Below, in pieces: positions 25,071-39,472 of a stretch of 64,000 nucleotides of DNA. This DNA comes from Octopus sinensis (lineage: Eukaryota), in assembly GCF_006345805.1 (NCBI RefSeq), contig NC_042999.1:27962001-28026000 (forward strand), written 5' to 3'. The stretch's first letter is position 1. Each line of letters begins with the position of its first letter. Both the position numbers and the translations under genes were made by a program. A model generated the notes under the pieces. That model worked only from the letters and a program-made list of their open reading frames with translations, did no database searches and was not told where the DNA came from.

Positions 25071-26611
25071 GTATTGTGCCAAAATTTGAAACCAATATTT
25101 TGACATTGTCTTAAGGTGGTGAGCTGGAAGAATTGTTAGCACACTGGGTAAAATGCTGAGTGGCCCTTTTGTCTGCTGTTATGTTCTGAGTTCTGATTTT
25201 ATGGAGGTTGACCTAACATTTTAGGGTCATTAAAATTAGTACCAGTTCGGCACTGGATTCACTGTAATTGACTTTGACTTATCCCTTCCTTTGAAATTGC
25301 TACCCTTCTGCCAAAATTTTAAAGTCAAAATTTTGTATTTTTTTTTATATAATTAATGAGCCACTATGGTATTGATAGACCTGACCATAGTTTTCTTTAG
25401 AAAATTGAGACCGATGTGGCTAATAGAAGTTTCAAGTAACAGACTGCTGATATTTGTGGAGGCGCGTGGCCTAGTGGTTAGGATGTCAGCACTATGATCG
25501 TAAGATTGCGGTTTCAATTCCTGGACCGAGTGACACGTGTTCTTAAGCAAAACAATTCATTTCACGTTGCTCCAGTCCACTCAGCTGGCAAAAATGAGTA
25601 ATGTTGCAATGGACTGGTGTTCTATCCAGCCGGGGAACACATATGCCATAGAAACCAGGAAACCGGGCCCATGAGACTGGCCAGGCTAGGCTTTAAAAAG
25701 GCGCATTTATTTTATTTTTTTTATGCTGATATTTGCATAAATGCTGATATTTGCATAAAGGTGAGGGCAGTGAATGTATTGTCATTATGAGGAAACACCC
25801 ACTTTTATGTAAGGTATATAGAAATGTGTGTGGGAAGTGAATTTAAATTGCACTGGTGTAAAACATTCACTTCTTTGGATGAAGTAGAGCATTATTTTTT
25901 TAACAAAAGTGTATTGTCAACTGAATCAGTCGCAATTGTGTAAATAGTTTCTGGCTTACCAAGCTATATTTTTGTGTAGGAGGACGAGTAGGAATTTATG
26001 AAAAGAGGAGTGTAGATTCGGAAGACCTCAGTTTCTGTGTGAGTTAAACAGGGAAGTACTCTGCACTGTATTGTAGCGGTGGGTATGATAGCAATGGTAG
26101 TAGTAGTAGTAGTAGTAGTAGCAGCAGTGGTGGTGGTGGTGGTGGTGGTGGTGGTAGTAGTGGTAATGGTGGTAGTAGTAGTAGTAATAGTAGTAGTAGT
26201 AGTTGTAATAGTAGTAATAGTAGTTGTGGTGGTGGTAGTAGTAGTAGTGATGGTAGTGGTGGTGGTGGTTGTGGTGGTAGCAGTGGTAGTGGTAGTAATA
26301 GTAGTGGTGGTGACGGTGGTGGTAGTAGTAGTAGTAGTAGTGACTGTGGCGGCAGTGGCGGTGGTGGTGGTGGTTGTAGAATTGTTGATATTATTGGTAG
26401 GGATGTTGTTGAGGGGCCGATAATGATGGCAATGCCAGTATGATAATGTGTGTAGTAGATATAGTGAGAGGGAGGTGGAGCTGTTTAACGAGGAAATGAT
26501 TTATGGATGCAAGGCAAATAAAAGTAAGGTGCATCACGTGTCCTTGGGTGTATGTGATATCCAGTTTGTTATTCTACAGAACAATGATTGTTGTAATTAG
26601 TAATAATAAAG

Positions 26612-27020
26612 AGGCGTAGGAGTGGCTGTGTGGTAAGTAGCTTGCTTACCAATCACATGGTTCCGGGTTCAGTCCTACTGCATGACACCTTGGGCAAGTG
26701 TCTTCTACTATAGCCTCAGGCTGACCAAAGCCTTGTGAGTGGATTTGGTAGACGGAAACTGAAAGAAGCCCGTCGTATATATGTGTATATGTGTGTGTGT
26801 GTTTGTGTGTCTGTGTTTGTCCCCATCCCCCCAACATCGCTTGACAACCGATGTTGGTGTGTTTATGTCCCCGTAACTTAGCGGTTCGGAAAAAGAGACC
26901 GATAGAATAAGTACTAGGCTTACAAAGAATAAGTCCTGGAGTCGATTTGCTCGACTAATAGGTGGTGCTCCTGCATGGCCACAGTCACATGACTGAAACA
27001 AGTAAAAGAGTAAAAGAGTA
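26612..27020 (+). mobile_element. Family A SINE, full length
   Basis: Head AGGCGTAGGAGTGG through GTAAAAGAG tail. Confidence 0.85.
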
Positions 27021-27269
27021 GGTAGAAAGAAGAAACAGAACATCTCTGAGCTACAGATAACAGAGTAATCTGGTTGGTGAGTGAGTATTTGTTAATCAGT
27101 GGAAAGGCCATTTTTGGATATATTCTAATTTACAAGAGTCGGTTGCAGCATCACCCAGTCTCCTCAGCCAGGAATTTCGCTTTTAATGGTATTAACCTAT
27201 CAATCTGTATGACTTTCTATAGGCATAATGTTTTCTGATTAATATCAGAAATTTTGTGGGATTTTTAAC

Positions 27270-27660
27270 CCTACTCTCTGATCCCACCACATCACTCTAG
27301 GTCTGATTGGTACTTTGCACCAGCCACAGATTTAGTCTGTGGTACCTTAAGCTTCCAAATCCTTCTTTTCCAGATTGGTCTGTTTTTTTTTAAATTTCTT
27401 TTGGCCTGACATCTACAGTCACCAATGACTAGTCTATGCTGGTGGATACATTCTTCACCAGAGAAAGTTTTTGCATTTATGAGCAATCATGTAACTTGTA
27501 GTCTGGTGAGAATGTAACCAATCTGGATGTAATCAATCTGGCTAGCATGGTCACCTGATTGATAGGTTATCAAGTGATTGGCTCACTTCCTGAAGTTGGC
27601 GTTGCAGATCATTAGGTTGTTCATGTCACAGAACACCTGTAGCCAGTGAGACATGGACTG
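27270..27660 (-). pseudogene. Decayed RTE-clade LINE endonuclease-region fragment
   Basis: Minus-strand pieces FCDMNNLMICNANF..HLITYQSGDHASQIDYI and NAKTFSGEEC.HQHRLV match the AP-endonuclease C-terminus (IDY; SDH-equivalent). Confidence 0.6.
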
Positions 27661-28323
27661 CGATTACTGAAGAAATGCGAAGCATTGGAAGAGATGAATC
27701 CAGTATGCTCCACTGGATGGGTAATGTCAGTATGCATATACAACAGAGACAAAGAGAGAGAGTGTGTGTGTGTGTGTATGTGTATGGTGATGCTCATTTA
27801 CAAGTATAATATGTTGTCAAGACAAAGAGACAAAAAGACACAAAAATACATACATGTGTGTGTGTGTCTGTCTCCTTGTCTTGAAATCCTATGATATTTG
27901 TGAATGAGTATCACAATCAGGCAAGCAGTGCCCTTCTCTTCTAATCTTTCATCAAAACGCACCCAGCTATGGTGAAATATAATCATACTTGGAAACAGTT
28001 TAAGTTTCATGACAGGAAGAGCATCCAGCCATAGAAAATTTTCCCTGAACAAATTCTGTTCATCCCATACAAGCCCGGAAATGCGAGCTTGATGATGACA
28101 ATGATGACATATGATATATATATATATATATATATATGTACGCTTACATACACATACACATGCATATTAACAATGAGCAACTGTGTAGGAGGATGAGTAG
28201 GAATTTATAAAAGAGGAGTGTAGATTCGGAAGATCTCAGTTACTGTGTGAGTTAAACAGGGAAGTAATCTGCACTATATTGTAGCAGTGGGGATAATAGC
28301 AATGGTGGTAGTAGTAGTAGAAG

Positions 28324-28354
<31 letters not shown>

Positions 28355-28380
28355 GGTGGTAATGGTAGTAGTAGTAGTAT

Positions 28381-28418
<38 letters not shown>

Positions 28419-29585
28419 ATGGTGGTGATGGTGGTGGTGGTGGTAGTAGTAGTAGTAATAGTAAAAGTAGTAGTAGTCACATTTTGAAAGACTGGAAGGA
28501 AAAAAAATATATATATATATATATATAAAACATAATACCATGAATAGCGATAGCGAAACTGGTCGATATATTAAAAGTTATATTAAAACTATGTAAGCAC
28601 TCTTGCAAGCTACATTGATGCCTCATATACCCAATTTAATAAGACAGTTGCATCAAGAGACGATGAGCGATGGCTAGAAGGATATTGAGCTTTATTTGAT
28701 AACCAGCTGATCTAGCAAGCAGCGCCTCATATCAGTGAGGTGGGGGCCGGAGCGCATTGATGCCGTCAAGAGGTAGGCCCTCAAACGATGCGCATTCTCT
28801 CTGGATTACCCCATACACGTGCTGGCATCCGGTATACAGAGCTTTTGACTGGTAGCACTTGCATGTGCAAGTTGTTCGTAAGTCATCTTTTCTTTTCTTT
28901 CCGCTTGTTTCTGCCGTTAGATCACAGCTATTCTGGGGCAACACCTTGAAGAACTTTTTCTCAAATGAATCGACGCCAATGCTTATTTTATACTCTTAAG
29001 GCTGGTGCTTATTCAATCAGACCTATCTTTTTGCCAAACTGCTAATTTACGGGGACTTAAACCCACCAACACTGGTCATCAGGTGGTGAGTGGGTGATGA
29101 ACACCGACACAAAGCCACACACTTCGATATACATATACATATATATGGCAAATGAAAGATGGAAGATGGGACATATGAGAATTTATTATTAATCACGACA
29201 ATTGTTTCAACACATCTAGCATCAATTCCTCGTGGGTGGGACACTCAGCAACTGGTTCAGGAGCATCCAGCGGTGCAGATGTATCTCGTTGGGTGATAAA
29301 TAAATACAACTTGTTAAAATAACTGTTCCACAATGTAACTTTCTGTTTTGTGGAGATAAAAGCAGCCAGATAGAGGAAATATCTTCATTTATATAGAAGA
29401 CAAAAAATAAATTCACAGATGGCAAAAAGGGAAATGAACACGCAATCCAGCGAGAAAAGTATTTTTAATGCATAATGATCACTGTGAAGTAGGCTAACAG
29501 GTGTAAACCATTCATTTTATTATCCATATATATATATACATATATATATACACACATACATACATACATACATACATATAAATAA

Positions 29586-29617
<32 letters not shown>

Positions 29618-29621
29618 GTTA

Positions 29622-29830
29622 AAGTTAATCCAAACAAGAAAGCACAAAAAAACACAACATGAGGACGTGGAACAAATATAGTATTATTGGACGCTCAGGA
29701 AAGAAGGAAAGAAGGAGGGTTTAACGTTTTGAGTGGATCTCTTCATCGGAAACATAGGAGAAGGAAAGATCCAGAGAAGGGAAGACAGAGGGAAAAAAAT
29801 CGCCAACGGTACACACGCGGTCACATTTTG
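29622..29830 (-). mobile_element. Penelope-like terminal-repeat fragment with degenerate minimal hammerhead
   Basis: Homologous to 54833-55032; contains GTTT CCGATGA A GAG..CTC AAAA CGTT AAAC on the minus strand. Confidence 0.5.
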
Positions 29831-30850
29831 AATATTCATATGTATGTATGTTTATATATATATGTGTGTGTATATATATATATATACATATATATATATA
29901 CGTGTGTGTGTGTGTATATAAGTATATATATATTTGTGACAAGCTTTTTTCAGTTTCTATGTACCAAATCCATTCACAAGGCTTTGGTTGTCCCAAGGCA
30001 ATAACAGAAAACACTTGCTGAAGGTTCCACATAGTGGGATTGAACCCAGAACCATGTGGTTGGAAAGCAAGCTTCTTACCACACAGCTACACCTGTGCCT
30101 ATATGAATGTATATCTATTCATATATATATACACACACTTACAGATACACCCATTCATGTATGTATATATATATATGTATGCACACAAACACATACACAA
30201 ACACACACGCACACATACTTGAATGGAGAGGAAAGCTAATAACAGAAGACAAGGAACAGTTGAGTGCAAAAGAGGTGGAAACAGAGTAATCTTCAAAGTT
30301 CAGACATAGATTGATAGTTATTATACTTCTTTATAATTCATCCGTTGATCCTAAATCTCAAATACCTTCTCAAACAATAGCTACACCATACAGCCATTCA
30401 TTTGCTACTTTTACCTTTCATTTCTTTTTGCTTTACATTTTTATTAATATTAGATGATAAGGGGGATAGGGTTTGACAGACAATGTTATTTACCTGAGAT
30501 AAATAACAATCTTACACTTAAAGAAATCATCACGTTTCAGTTAAGCTTCTTGGAATACTTTCTGATTTTTCTTTCATTTCTTTCCTCATCTCATGTCATT
30601 CATTTTTTTTTTGTCAATGTATCTATATTTATATTCATTTACTTATTTAATTATTACTCTTGTTCATTTTGTCCCACCGCCCACATTTTTAACTCTTAAT
30701 CTTATTTTATCCGCAACCCTTCTTATTTCAGCCATCTATTCTGTAGTTTAATACGAAACACTGTGAAGTAGAGTTAAGTGTATTTTAGAATCCACCTGAA
30801 TGCAGATTGGAAATAATTTAGAAAAATGTGAAAAACAAACACTATATATA

Positions 30851-31269
30851 TAGGCGCAGGAGTGGCTGTGTGGTAAGTAGCTTGCTAACCAACCACAAGG
30901 TTCCGGGTTCAGTCCTACTGTGTGACATCTTGGGCAAGTCTCTTCTGTTATAGCCTCGGGCCGACCAATGCCTTGTGAGTGGATTTGGTAGACGGAAACT
31001 GAAAGAAGCCTGTCATATATATGTATATATAAATATATATGTGTATGTGTGTGTGTGTTTGTGTGTGTGTGTTTGTTCCCCTAGCATTGCTTGACAACTG
31101 ATGCTGGTGTGTTTACGTCCCCGTCACTTAGCGGTTCGGCAAAAAAGACCGATAGAATAAGTACTGTGCTTACAAAGAATAAGTCCCGGGGTAGATTTGC
31201 TCGACTAAAGGCGGTGCTCCAGCATGGCCGCAGTCAAATGACTGAAACAAGTAAAAGAGTAAAAGAGAG
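30851..31269 (+). mobile_element. Family A SINE, full length
   Basis: Head AGGCGCAGGAG through tail. Confidence 0.85.
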
Positions 31270-31513
31270 TAATATATTAATTTTACTTCATACTCTGAAA
31301 TTCTGAGTTTAAAAACTTTTATTAAAAGGAAGGAAGAAAAATCATAACTCTGATATTTAAAGATATCACACATCTAGTGTTTCAATTAAGTATAGTGAAG
31401 TTCTTGTTTGTCATCAATAGAGGATCAAATTTATTTATGAATTAATTACTTAATAATTTTATTTTATTTGTTAATAGATTAAATCCAACTACGGCACTAA
31501 TTGACTATCTGAT

Positions 31514-31918
31514 ATACTCTTTTACTCTTTTACTTGTTTCAGTCATTTGACTGTGGCCATGCTGGAGCTCCACCTTCAGTTGAGCAAATCGACCCCAGGA
31601 CTTATTCTTTGGAAGCCTAGTACTTATTCTATTGGTCTCTTTTGCTGAACTGCTAAGTTACGGGGATGTAAACACACCACCATCGGTTGTCAAGTGATGT
31701 TGGGGGGACAAACACAGACGCAGACACACACACACACAATATATTTATATACACGACAGGCTTCTTTCAGTTTCCGTCTACCAAATCCACTTACAAGGCA
31801 TTGGTCAGCCCGGGGCTATAGCAGAAGACACTTGCCCAAGATGCCACGCAGTGGGACTGAACCCGGAACCATGTGGTTGGTTAGCAAGCTACTTACCACA
31901 CAGCCACTCCTGCGCCTA
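31514..31918 (-). mobile_element. Family A SINE, full length, inverted relative to 30851-31269
   Basis: Tail at 31514, head ends CTCCTGCGCCT. Confidence 0.85.
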
Positions 31919-32855
31919 AAGTACTTTACTTTTTTCTTTCAATAAAGAGTTTTTTTTTTAATAAGGACAAAATATTGAAATATATTTTACTTTGTGTGTG
32001 TGTGTGTGTGTGTGTGTGCGTTTGTGTGTGTGTGTGTGTGTGTGTGTGCATGCGTACGTGTGTTCATGCGTTTCCACTCCATTATTACTAAATTTCATTG
32101 TAGTCGCTTTCTGAATCACTTTTAACATCCATTCATATTTCGGCTTCCCTGCTTTTTTCTTTCATTAACATGCTTCCTTATTGATACTCTCACCTCTTTC
32201 ATTCTATCTTTACTTCTTTTTCATTTTTTTTTAATTCAATCCTTAATTCCTCCTTTCTCTCTTTGTCCTATTCTACCACTCGGATGATTTAAAACCTTTC
32301 TGTTATTTAAACTAAACTCTGCAATTTTCTCTGCAGATGTTGAAGTAAAACTTAGCTATGATACATATGTCTTTGAAAATATGTTTTAGTACAGTAATGA
32401 TGTACATATAAACTTGTCTATATATATATATGTATTCCTACATACTTACATATATATTTACAAACATATATCCATACATATACACAAATGATATACAAAT
32501 GTGTAAATGTATATACGTATGTATATGGAGAGTGGGGGTCAATGTGTAAATATGAGGTTTGTAAGATGATTAAAACTGGCTTTGTAGATTCAGTCAGTAC
32601 ACATGTCTGGAAGGGACATCGGTAATAATACTTTAATCCTGTTAAGCCAAGTAACCTTATATTTTTGCATACCACTCCGCATCACACAACTCTACAGTAT
32701 GTGTATAGAAATACATACAGACATGAAAATCTATGCATGTATATGTCTATAAGTACATGTAAGACATAAAAGAACCTGCCAATATTGTATATAGAAACAT
32801 GTGTGTGTGTGAGTAAATATATAAATATATATATGTATATATATATATGTGTGTG

Positions 32856-32923
<68 letters not shown>

Positions 32924-32925
32924 TG

Positions 32926-32974
<49 letters not shown>

Positions 32975-33580
32975 GTATATATATATATATTGTGCCTATG
33001 TGAAGTTGAATGTATGCACATGTATGCCTGTGTATATATGTGTATGTTGTATGTGTTTGTATGTGTAGATATTGTATGTGAGGAATACGAATCAATTATA
33101 TTTGCTAAGACAGCTAGGGCCAAGCTGATTGACAGACAGAACATACCTAAAGACATTTAGAATGAAAGAATGAGAGAACAGAAATCCATTTTAAGTTAAG
33201 ACCAGTTAGCAACAGGCAGTTATTGTATTTCGGCTCAACTTGACAAATGGCATGATTCTTGGGTTTAATGCATTGCCTACTATAGGACATGACTAGGTTT
33301 GAAATATTACTAGATAACTATTATCATTTACCTCTTGCTTGCTTCAGTCATTAAACTGTGGCCATGCTGGGGCACTACCTTGAAGAATTTTTAGTTGAAT
33401 GAATCGACCCCCAGTACTTCATTTTTTGTTAAGCCTGGTACTTATTCTATGAGTTTCTTTTGCTGAACTACTAAGTTATGGGGGTGTAAACACACCAACA
33501 CCAGTTGTCATGCGGTGGTGAGGGTCACACACAGATACACATGCATATATATATATTCATACACCCCAACATACACTATG

Positions 33581-33631
<51 letters not shown>

Positions 33632-34997
33632 TCGTTTAACCTCAGCTTTCCATGCTAGCATGGGTTGGACGGTTCAACAGGGGTCTGTGAAGCCAGAAGG
33701 CTGCACCAGGCCCAGTCTGATCTGGCAGTGTTTCTACAGCCGGATGCCCTTCTTAACGCCAACCACTCCGTGTGTGTAGTGGGTGCCTTTTACGTGCCAC
33801 CGGCACAGGTGCCAGACAAGGCTGGCAACGGCCACGATCGGATGGTGCTTTTTATGTACCACCGGCACGGAGGCCAGACGATTCTGTTATTTTAATAATC
33901 ATTAGCACATCCAAGTAAAATGATATCAGGCTTCTTATGAATTATTTTGTGCATCAGTTTCATACACAAATATTCATAATATTTATATTTACGGTTTCTA
34001 AGACAGATGGAGGAGGTTCATACGAGTATCACAAAAATATTTTATGTAATGACTTGAAATACAATGACCAAGCATATAAAATGTCTTGTTTTACTGTTAT
34101 GTGTTGACATTGTATCAATAGTGTATATTGCTTCAAGAAATAGATATTCCTATGAATGTCTCTAGTAGTGATGTCTTGTTTGTATATAGCAATTATTATT
34201 GTTGTATTTGTTCAACCAGACACAGTCACATTTTCATTGCCAATCATCTGATGTAATTATTGGTAACACTTTTAAGTTGATTCATTATAGGCCACATATT
34301 TGCCAGTTTAATACCTTTCTCTTCTATTGTCTTGGCTTTAAATTCGTGTTGTTTCAAAATTTTTATCTAATTTCTTGGTAGAATATATTTTACTGCAACA
34401 AAGATTTACTACTTTTCTTTCCATTAAGAGGTCACATTGTTTGTGATGAGCTTAAAAGTTAGCACCTAAAATGAATAGTTTATTTCTTAAATTGCTCTCT
34501 TAACAATCAATATTTCTGATACTACATTATCTTATGAAATACTGCTGTTTAATTTTAGATTTATAATGTTACATTTTTAGCATTGTTGGGAAGAGTCTTG
34601 GAGTAGTTTTTAGTGATGTAATGTTTCAATGCAACAAAGCTATAGGCTATGGTTTGAACTGTCTCAGCCTGGTCATCTCCAAAGAATCAAACAAGTAAAA
34701 GATAAAAACAATAAACTTGAATAACCAAGAATTACTTCTGTCATTATTTTTTTATTTGTTTCAATTATTTGACTGTGGCCATGCTGGGGCACCACCTTGA
34801 ATGATTTTTTTTTCTGTCTAATAAATCAACTCCGGGATTTAGTTTTTTGAGCCCAGTACTTATTCTGTTGGTCTCTTGCTGAACTGCTAAGTTATGGGGG
34901 TATAAACACACCAACACCATTTGTCAAGCAGTAGTGGGTACAAACACAGACATAAAGACACATACACACACACACATAAACACATACATCCCTCTCT

Positions 34998-35039
<42 letters not shown>

Positions 35040-36230
35040 ACACACCGTGTATTAGCCGGTGTTTTTCAAATGATGAATAGCTTTGCGTAAACCATTGGTT
35101 CGTTTTGTTCTCTTACTTTATTATCATCTTATAATCATCTCATAATAATGACTTTTATGACTCGTATTACTACCTCAGTCAATCTAAATGTATATATTTG
35201 TCGTTACCTGTCATAAAAAGCCTTTTTCTATTTGCAATGTGCATTTTCGTTGATTTTTCATATTTTACCCTTACATTTCCACGTGTATTTTATATTTTCT
35301 TTTTGTAACATATTTCTACTATATATATATATATGTGTGTGTGTGTGCATGTATGTACATACACAATGGGCTTATTTCAGTTTCCATCTAGCAAATCTAC
35401 TCACAAGGCTTTGGTCAGCCTGAGGCTATACTAGAAGATATTTGTCCTCACAATGGGACTGAACCCAGGACCATATGGTTGGGAAGCAAGCTTCTTGCCA
35501 TGCAGCCATGCCTGTGCTTTAATTGTAAACATTTTCCAAAAATTGCCTTCCAAAATCATTCTATTTTCCCCTTCATCTCTATGATGTTACTGCATATTGT
35601 TTTGAGGAATTTAAGGTTACATTTACAACAACAGTTTTGAAATAATTGGTTTTTCAGATGCCTATACTCTACACATCTATTATTTAAGTTTGATGATCTC
35701 TCTAGGGAGGATCTGCTTTGCTACTTAATTTGTTAGAAATAGCAACCAAATAACCCTAAATTACATCTTAAAAAGTATACATTGTTTTATATAATCTGGA
35801 GGGTTGTTAATGCCTGAGAGAGAAAATGGTAGGTCAGCTGTGTTTGAGTTGACCTGGAGTTACACAATAACATTATTTCAGATGGACTTTGTTTAAAGAA
35901 ATATTTTGGTTGATTTTTAGAATTTTATTCTTATAAACTGCCATTAAAATATAACTGAGAGTGAGATAGGTTGAGTTAAGAGAAGCACTTGCTATGAATA
36001 TAGCACTAGGGAATTGAAAAACCCAATGACAGGACTCTAACAACAACATCGAAAACAGTACGTATGCAACAAGATGCATACACACATATATATGCACACA
36101 CATACACACACACACACACAGATGTGATTTATAGACAACACCCAAGATAGATTATTACAATCTGGGATGGTAAAAATAGAGAACCTTAAACAAACACAAT
36201 AATAATAATAGTAATAATAACAACAACAAC

Positions 36231-36266
<36 letters not shown>

Positions 36267-36371
36267 AACAATGTTTTAAATTTTGACTCAGGGCCAGCAG
36301 TTTTTGAAGGAAGCAGGGATTAGAATGTTTGAGCTCTATCAACTATGATAATAATAATAATGATAATAATA

Positions 36372-36720
36372 AGTTAAGTTAAGTTAATTTTTTGGCTCAA
36401 AAAGCAAAAAGCAAGGCCATGTAGGGGGACATGGAGTTATGTACAGAGAGGATGTTCATGCAAAGAGTTCAGGCCATTTCTGGTCATGAGAGACTTTGAA
36501 CCAAGCGGTCGTCGGCATCTTCACTATCTCGTCTGGACGGAGAAAGCCCCTCTCCTTCGATTGAGATGAAATCGTCGCAGATAGAGAGAGCTTTTCGGAG
36601 TGACCCCACAGCCCACGCTCTGGAGCAGCACTTTCCGCTTATGATGTTGTGAGCAAGAATGAGATCACCACGGCGGCGTCGTTTTTCTAGAGAATAAAGG
36701 TCGAGCGTCTTCAGCCTTTC
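36372..36720 (-). mobile_element. CR1-clade LINE 3' end remnant
   Basis: Minus strand RLKTLDLYSLEKRRRRGDLILAHNIISGK; 3' UTR and (TTAAC)n tail shared with 8790-9330. Confidence 0.8.
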
Positions 36721-36983
36721 TTCATAATAATAATAATAATAGTTTCAAATTTTGCCACAAAGGCAGCAATTTTGGGGGAAAGGGATGATTCGATCACATC
36801 AAACCCAGTGTTCAATTGGTACTTATTTTATTGACCCTGAAAAGACAAAAGGTAAAGTTGACCTTGGCGGAATTTGAACTCAGAGCATAGTGATGAACAA
36901 ATTACCGTTAAGTGTTTCGTCCAGCATGCTGATGATTCTGCCAGCACACTGCCTTAAGAATAATAATAATAATAATAATAATG

Positions 36984-37024
<41 letters not shown>

Positions 37025-37561
37025 AATAATAATGATAACAACAACAACAACAACATCAACTATTGTTTTTAATTTAATAAATATTAATAACCTGGCAGAA
37101 ATGTTAGTACGCCGGGCAAAATGCTTAGTGGTATTTCATCTGTCTTTACGTTCTGAGTTCAAATTCCGCCGCAGTTGATTTTGCCTTTCAGGGTCAATAA
37201 ATTAAGTTTTGTACTGAGGTCGATCTAATCGACTGGCAGGGGGCAACAATGTTTTGGGCCTTGTGCCTAGAGTAGAAATGAATAAATATTAATAATGGTC
37301 CAGCCCATGCTAGCATGGAAAGCGGACGTTAAATGATGATGAATGGTTTCCTTACTTGTTACAAGAGTCTCAGGAGATATAATGAAGACAAATTGCAAAA
37401 TTATGAAACTGAGGTGTTGATGGTAGGAGTGATATTACTTTGTCTACAATACAGAATATAATATAATTATAATTATAATATAATAATTCTGTAGAAGATA
37501 ATGGTAATTCCTCAACTCAGGAATTCAGACAAAATGGTGTATATGTATAGAAATTATAAAA

Positions 37562-37865
37562 TACAGGGTGGTATCAAAAAGTTCCCAGACCAGTTCTGCA
37601 GCGCACCAACATATGGTAACATATGGTTGTGTGTGCTGTGAGAGTTAGCAGTGACCTTCATGAGGCAGTGTGCCAAGAGACATTGCTGGGTTTACTTTGC
37701 AAGTTGTAAAATTTGAGTTTTTGTGATGATGTGTATGCTGTAGTCTGCAATTTTGTCATGGACAGGAAGTTGGAACAAAGAGCCAATGTGAAAGTTTCGA
37801 GTGGCATGAGCACTTCAAAAGTGAAAGAATGTCCCTGGAAGACCTGTCATGTGCATCACCACCGG
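37562..37865 (+). mobile_element. Mariner 5' end remnant
   Basis: TACAGGGTGGTATCAAAAAGTTCC TIR-like start; MDRKLEQRANVK and EWHEHFKSERMSLED are mariner N-terminal HTH pieces. Confidence 0.65.
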
Positions 37866-38854
37866 ACATGTGGTATTGTGTATCAGGCGACGAGCTGGCA
37901 GAAACGTTAGCACACCTGGTTAAATGCTTTGTGGTATTTCGTCCGCCGCTGCGTTCTGAGTTCAAATTCTGCCAAGGTCGACTTTGCCTTTCATCCTTTC
38001 AGGGTCATGTTATCTCCTTTTCCCTTTCTTCTTTTGTTCGTCTTCTTTGCCTGGTTCTTTTTGTTGCCCTTTACCCAACCTTTCCAAAATCCCCCAAATT
38101 TTTATACCCACAATTAAAGATAACCGCCTTTAGCCCCTGCAGCAACACGCAAAGCTACCATTATTCAAACAACGCAACCTGTCTATCCTATACAACTCAA
38201 TTTTTCCCATATTCCTCACCATGGCAACCAAAGCAGTAGCCCCGAGCAACTTTCAACCCTTCTCAGACAATTGCCCACACCATTTTACTCCTCAGTGTAA
38301 GTTTTGATGCCCATCCGACCCCATCAACAAGTGAGACAAATAACCAAGAAGTCAAACAACTTTTTCACATTTCAGCTTTATAGATATTGATATTTCTCCT
38401 AAAAGGAACAACCACCTTTCGAATAATTAAGGAACTCAACTGCTCTGCCTAATGACATTTACGCTCTCCGAAATTCTTCATGTGTCTTACAGCATTTTTT
38501 CTGAGCAGGTCCATTTACTCAGGCAATGTTAAACACTTTCATGCATTTTGCAGCAAATTTACTGGGGAAGGGAGAACTTTGTAACAAAAATAATGGTTTC
38601 TAACTGAGGCATAAAATCAGCAGTTCTAAGGGGAGTGGAGGAGTCAGTAACACTAATCCTAGTATTAGACTGGTATTGTATTTTATCAATCCATGTAGGA
38701 TGAAAGGTGAAGTTGACAACAGCAGAATTTGAAGAGAGCAGGAACAAAAACTACAAAGCATTATGTTTGATAACAACTGTTGCTGCTGCTGCTGTTGTAG
38801 TTGTTGTTGTTGTTAAACAACAAGACGGGTAAGGGTGATTGGGTGATGGTCTAG

Positions 38855-39088
38855 GGCGGTGAGCTGGCAGAATCGTTAGCATGCCGGGTGAAATGCGTAG
38901 CCATATTTCGTCTGCCGTTACGTTCTGAGTTCAAATTCCGCCGAGGTCGACTTTGCCTTTCATCCTTTCGTGGGTCGATAAATTAAGTACCAGTTACGCA
39001 CTGGGGTCGATGTAATCGACTTAATCCGTTTGTCTGTCCTTGTTTGTCTCCTCTGTGTTTAGCCCCTTGTGGGTAGTAAAGAAATAGA
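38855..39088 (+). mobile_element. Family B SINE with 13-bp TSD
   Basis: GATGGTCTAGGGC at 38845-38857 and 39087-39099. Confidence 0.88.
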
Positions 39089-39276
39089 TGGTCTAGGGCT
39101 TAGGGGCGGGAGACCCCAGACCTTGGAATAAAAAACAACTTTGGTCGTCTTGTTGTAGTCGAGGGTTCTTCGTTGACGCCCGACACCACTGGGAGGTGGC
39201 CCTCGAAGTCACTGGAAATGGAGATCTTCAGGTTCAAATTCTTGCACAGCTGCTGTTGCTGCTGCTGCTGCAGCAT

Positions 39277-39308
<32 letters not shown>

Positions 39309-39357
39309 ATGATAATAACATTAATAATTGGATGTCTTTACCGTCGGTGTTTTTCAG

Positions 39358-39472
39358 GATCTAAGGGTGATGAGGACATACACGAGCAGTGCCTGTATTG
39401 GACTAATCTCTCCAAGGGATTTTGTTGATGTCATCTATGCTGTCAATACTGATAAATATATAGCAACTTGTG
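39358..39472 (+). CDS. STARD5: STARD5-like coding exon
   Basis: Acceptor gtttttcag|GAT and donor TGTG|gtgagt; 115 nt, phase 0 to 1. Encodes DLRVMRTYTSSACIGLISPRDFVDVIYAVNTDKYIATC with the START signature ISPRDFVD. Confidence 0.95.
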
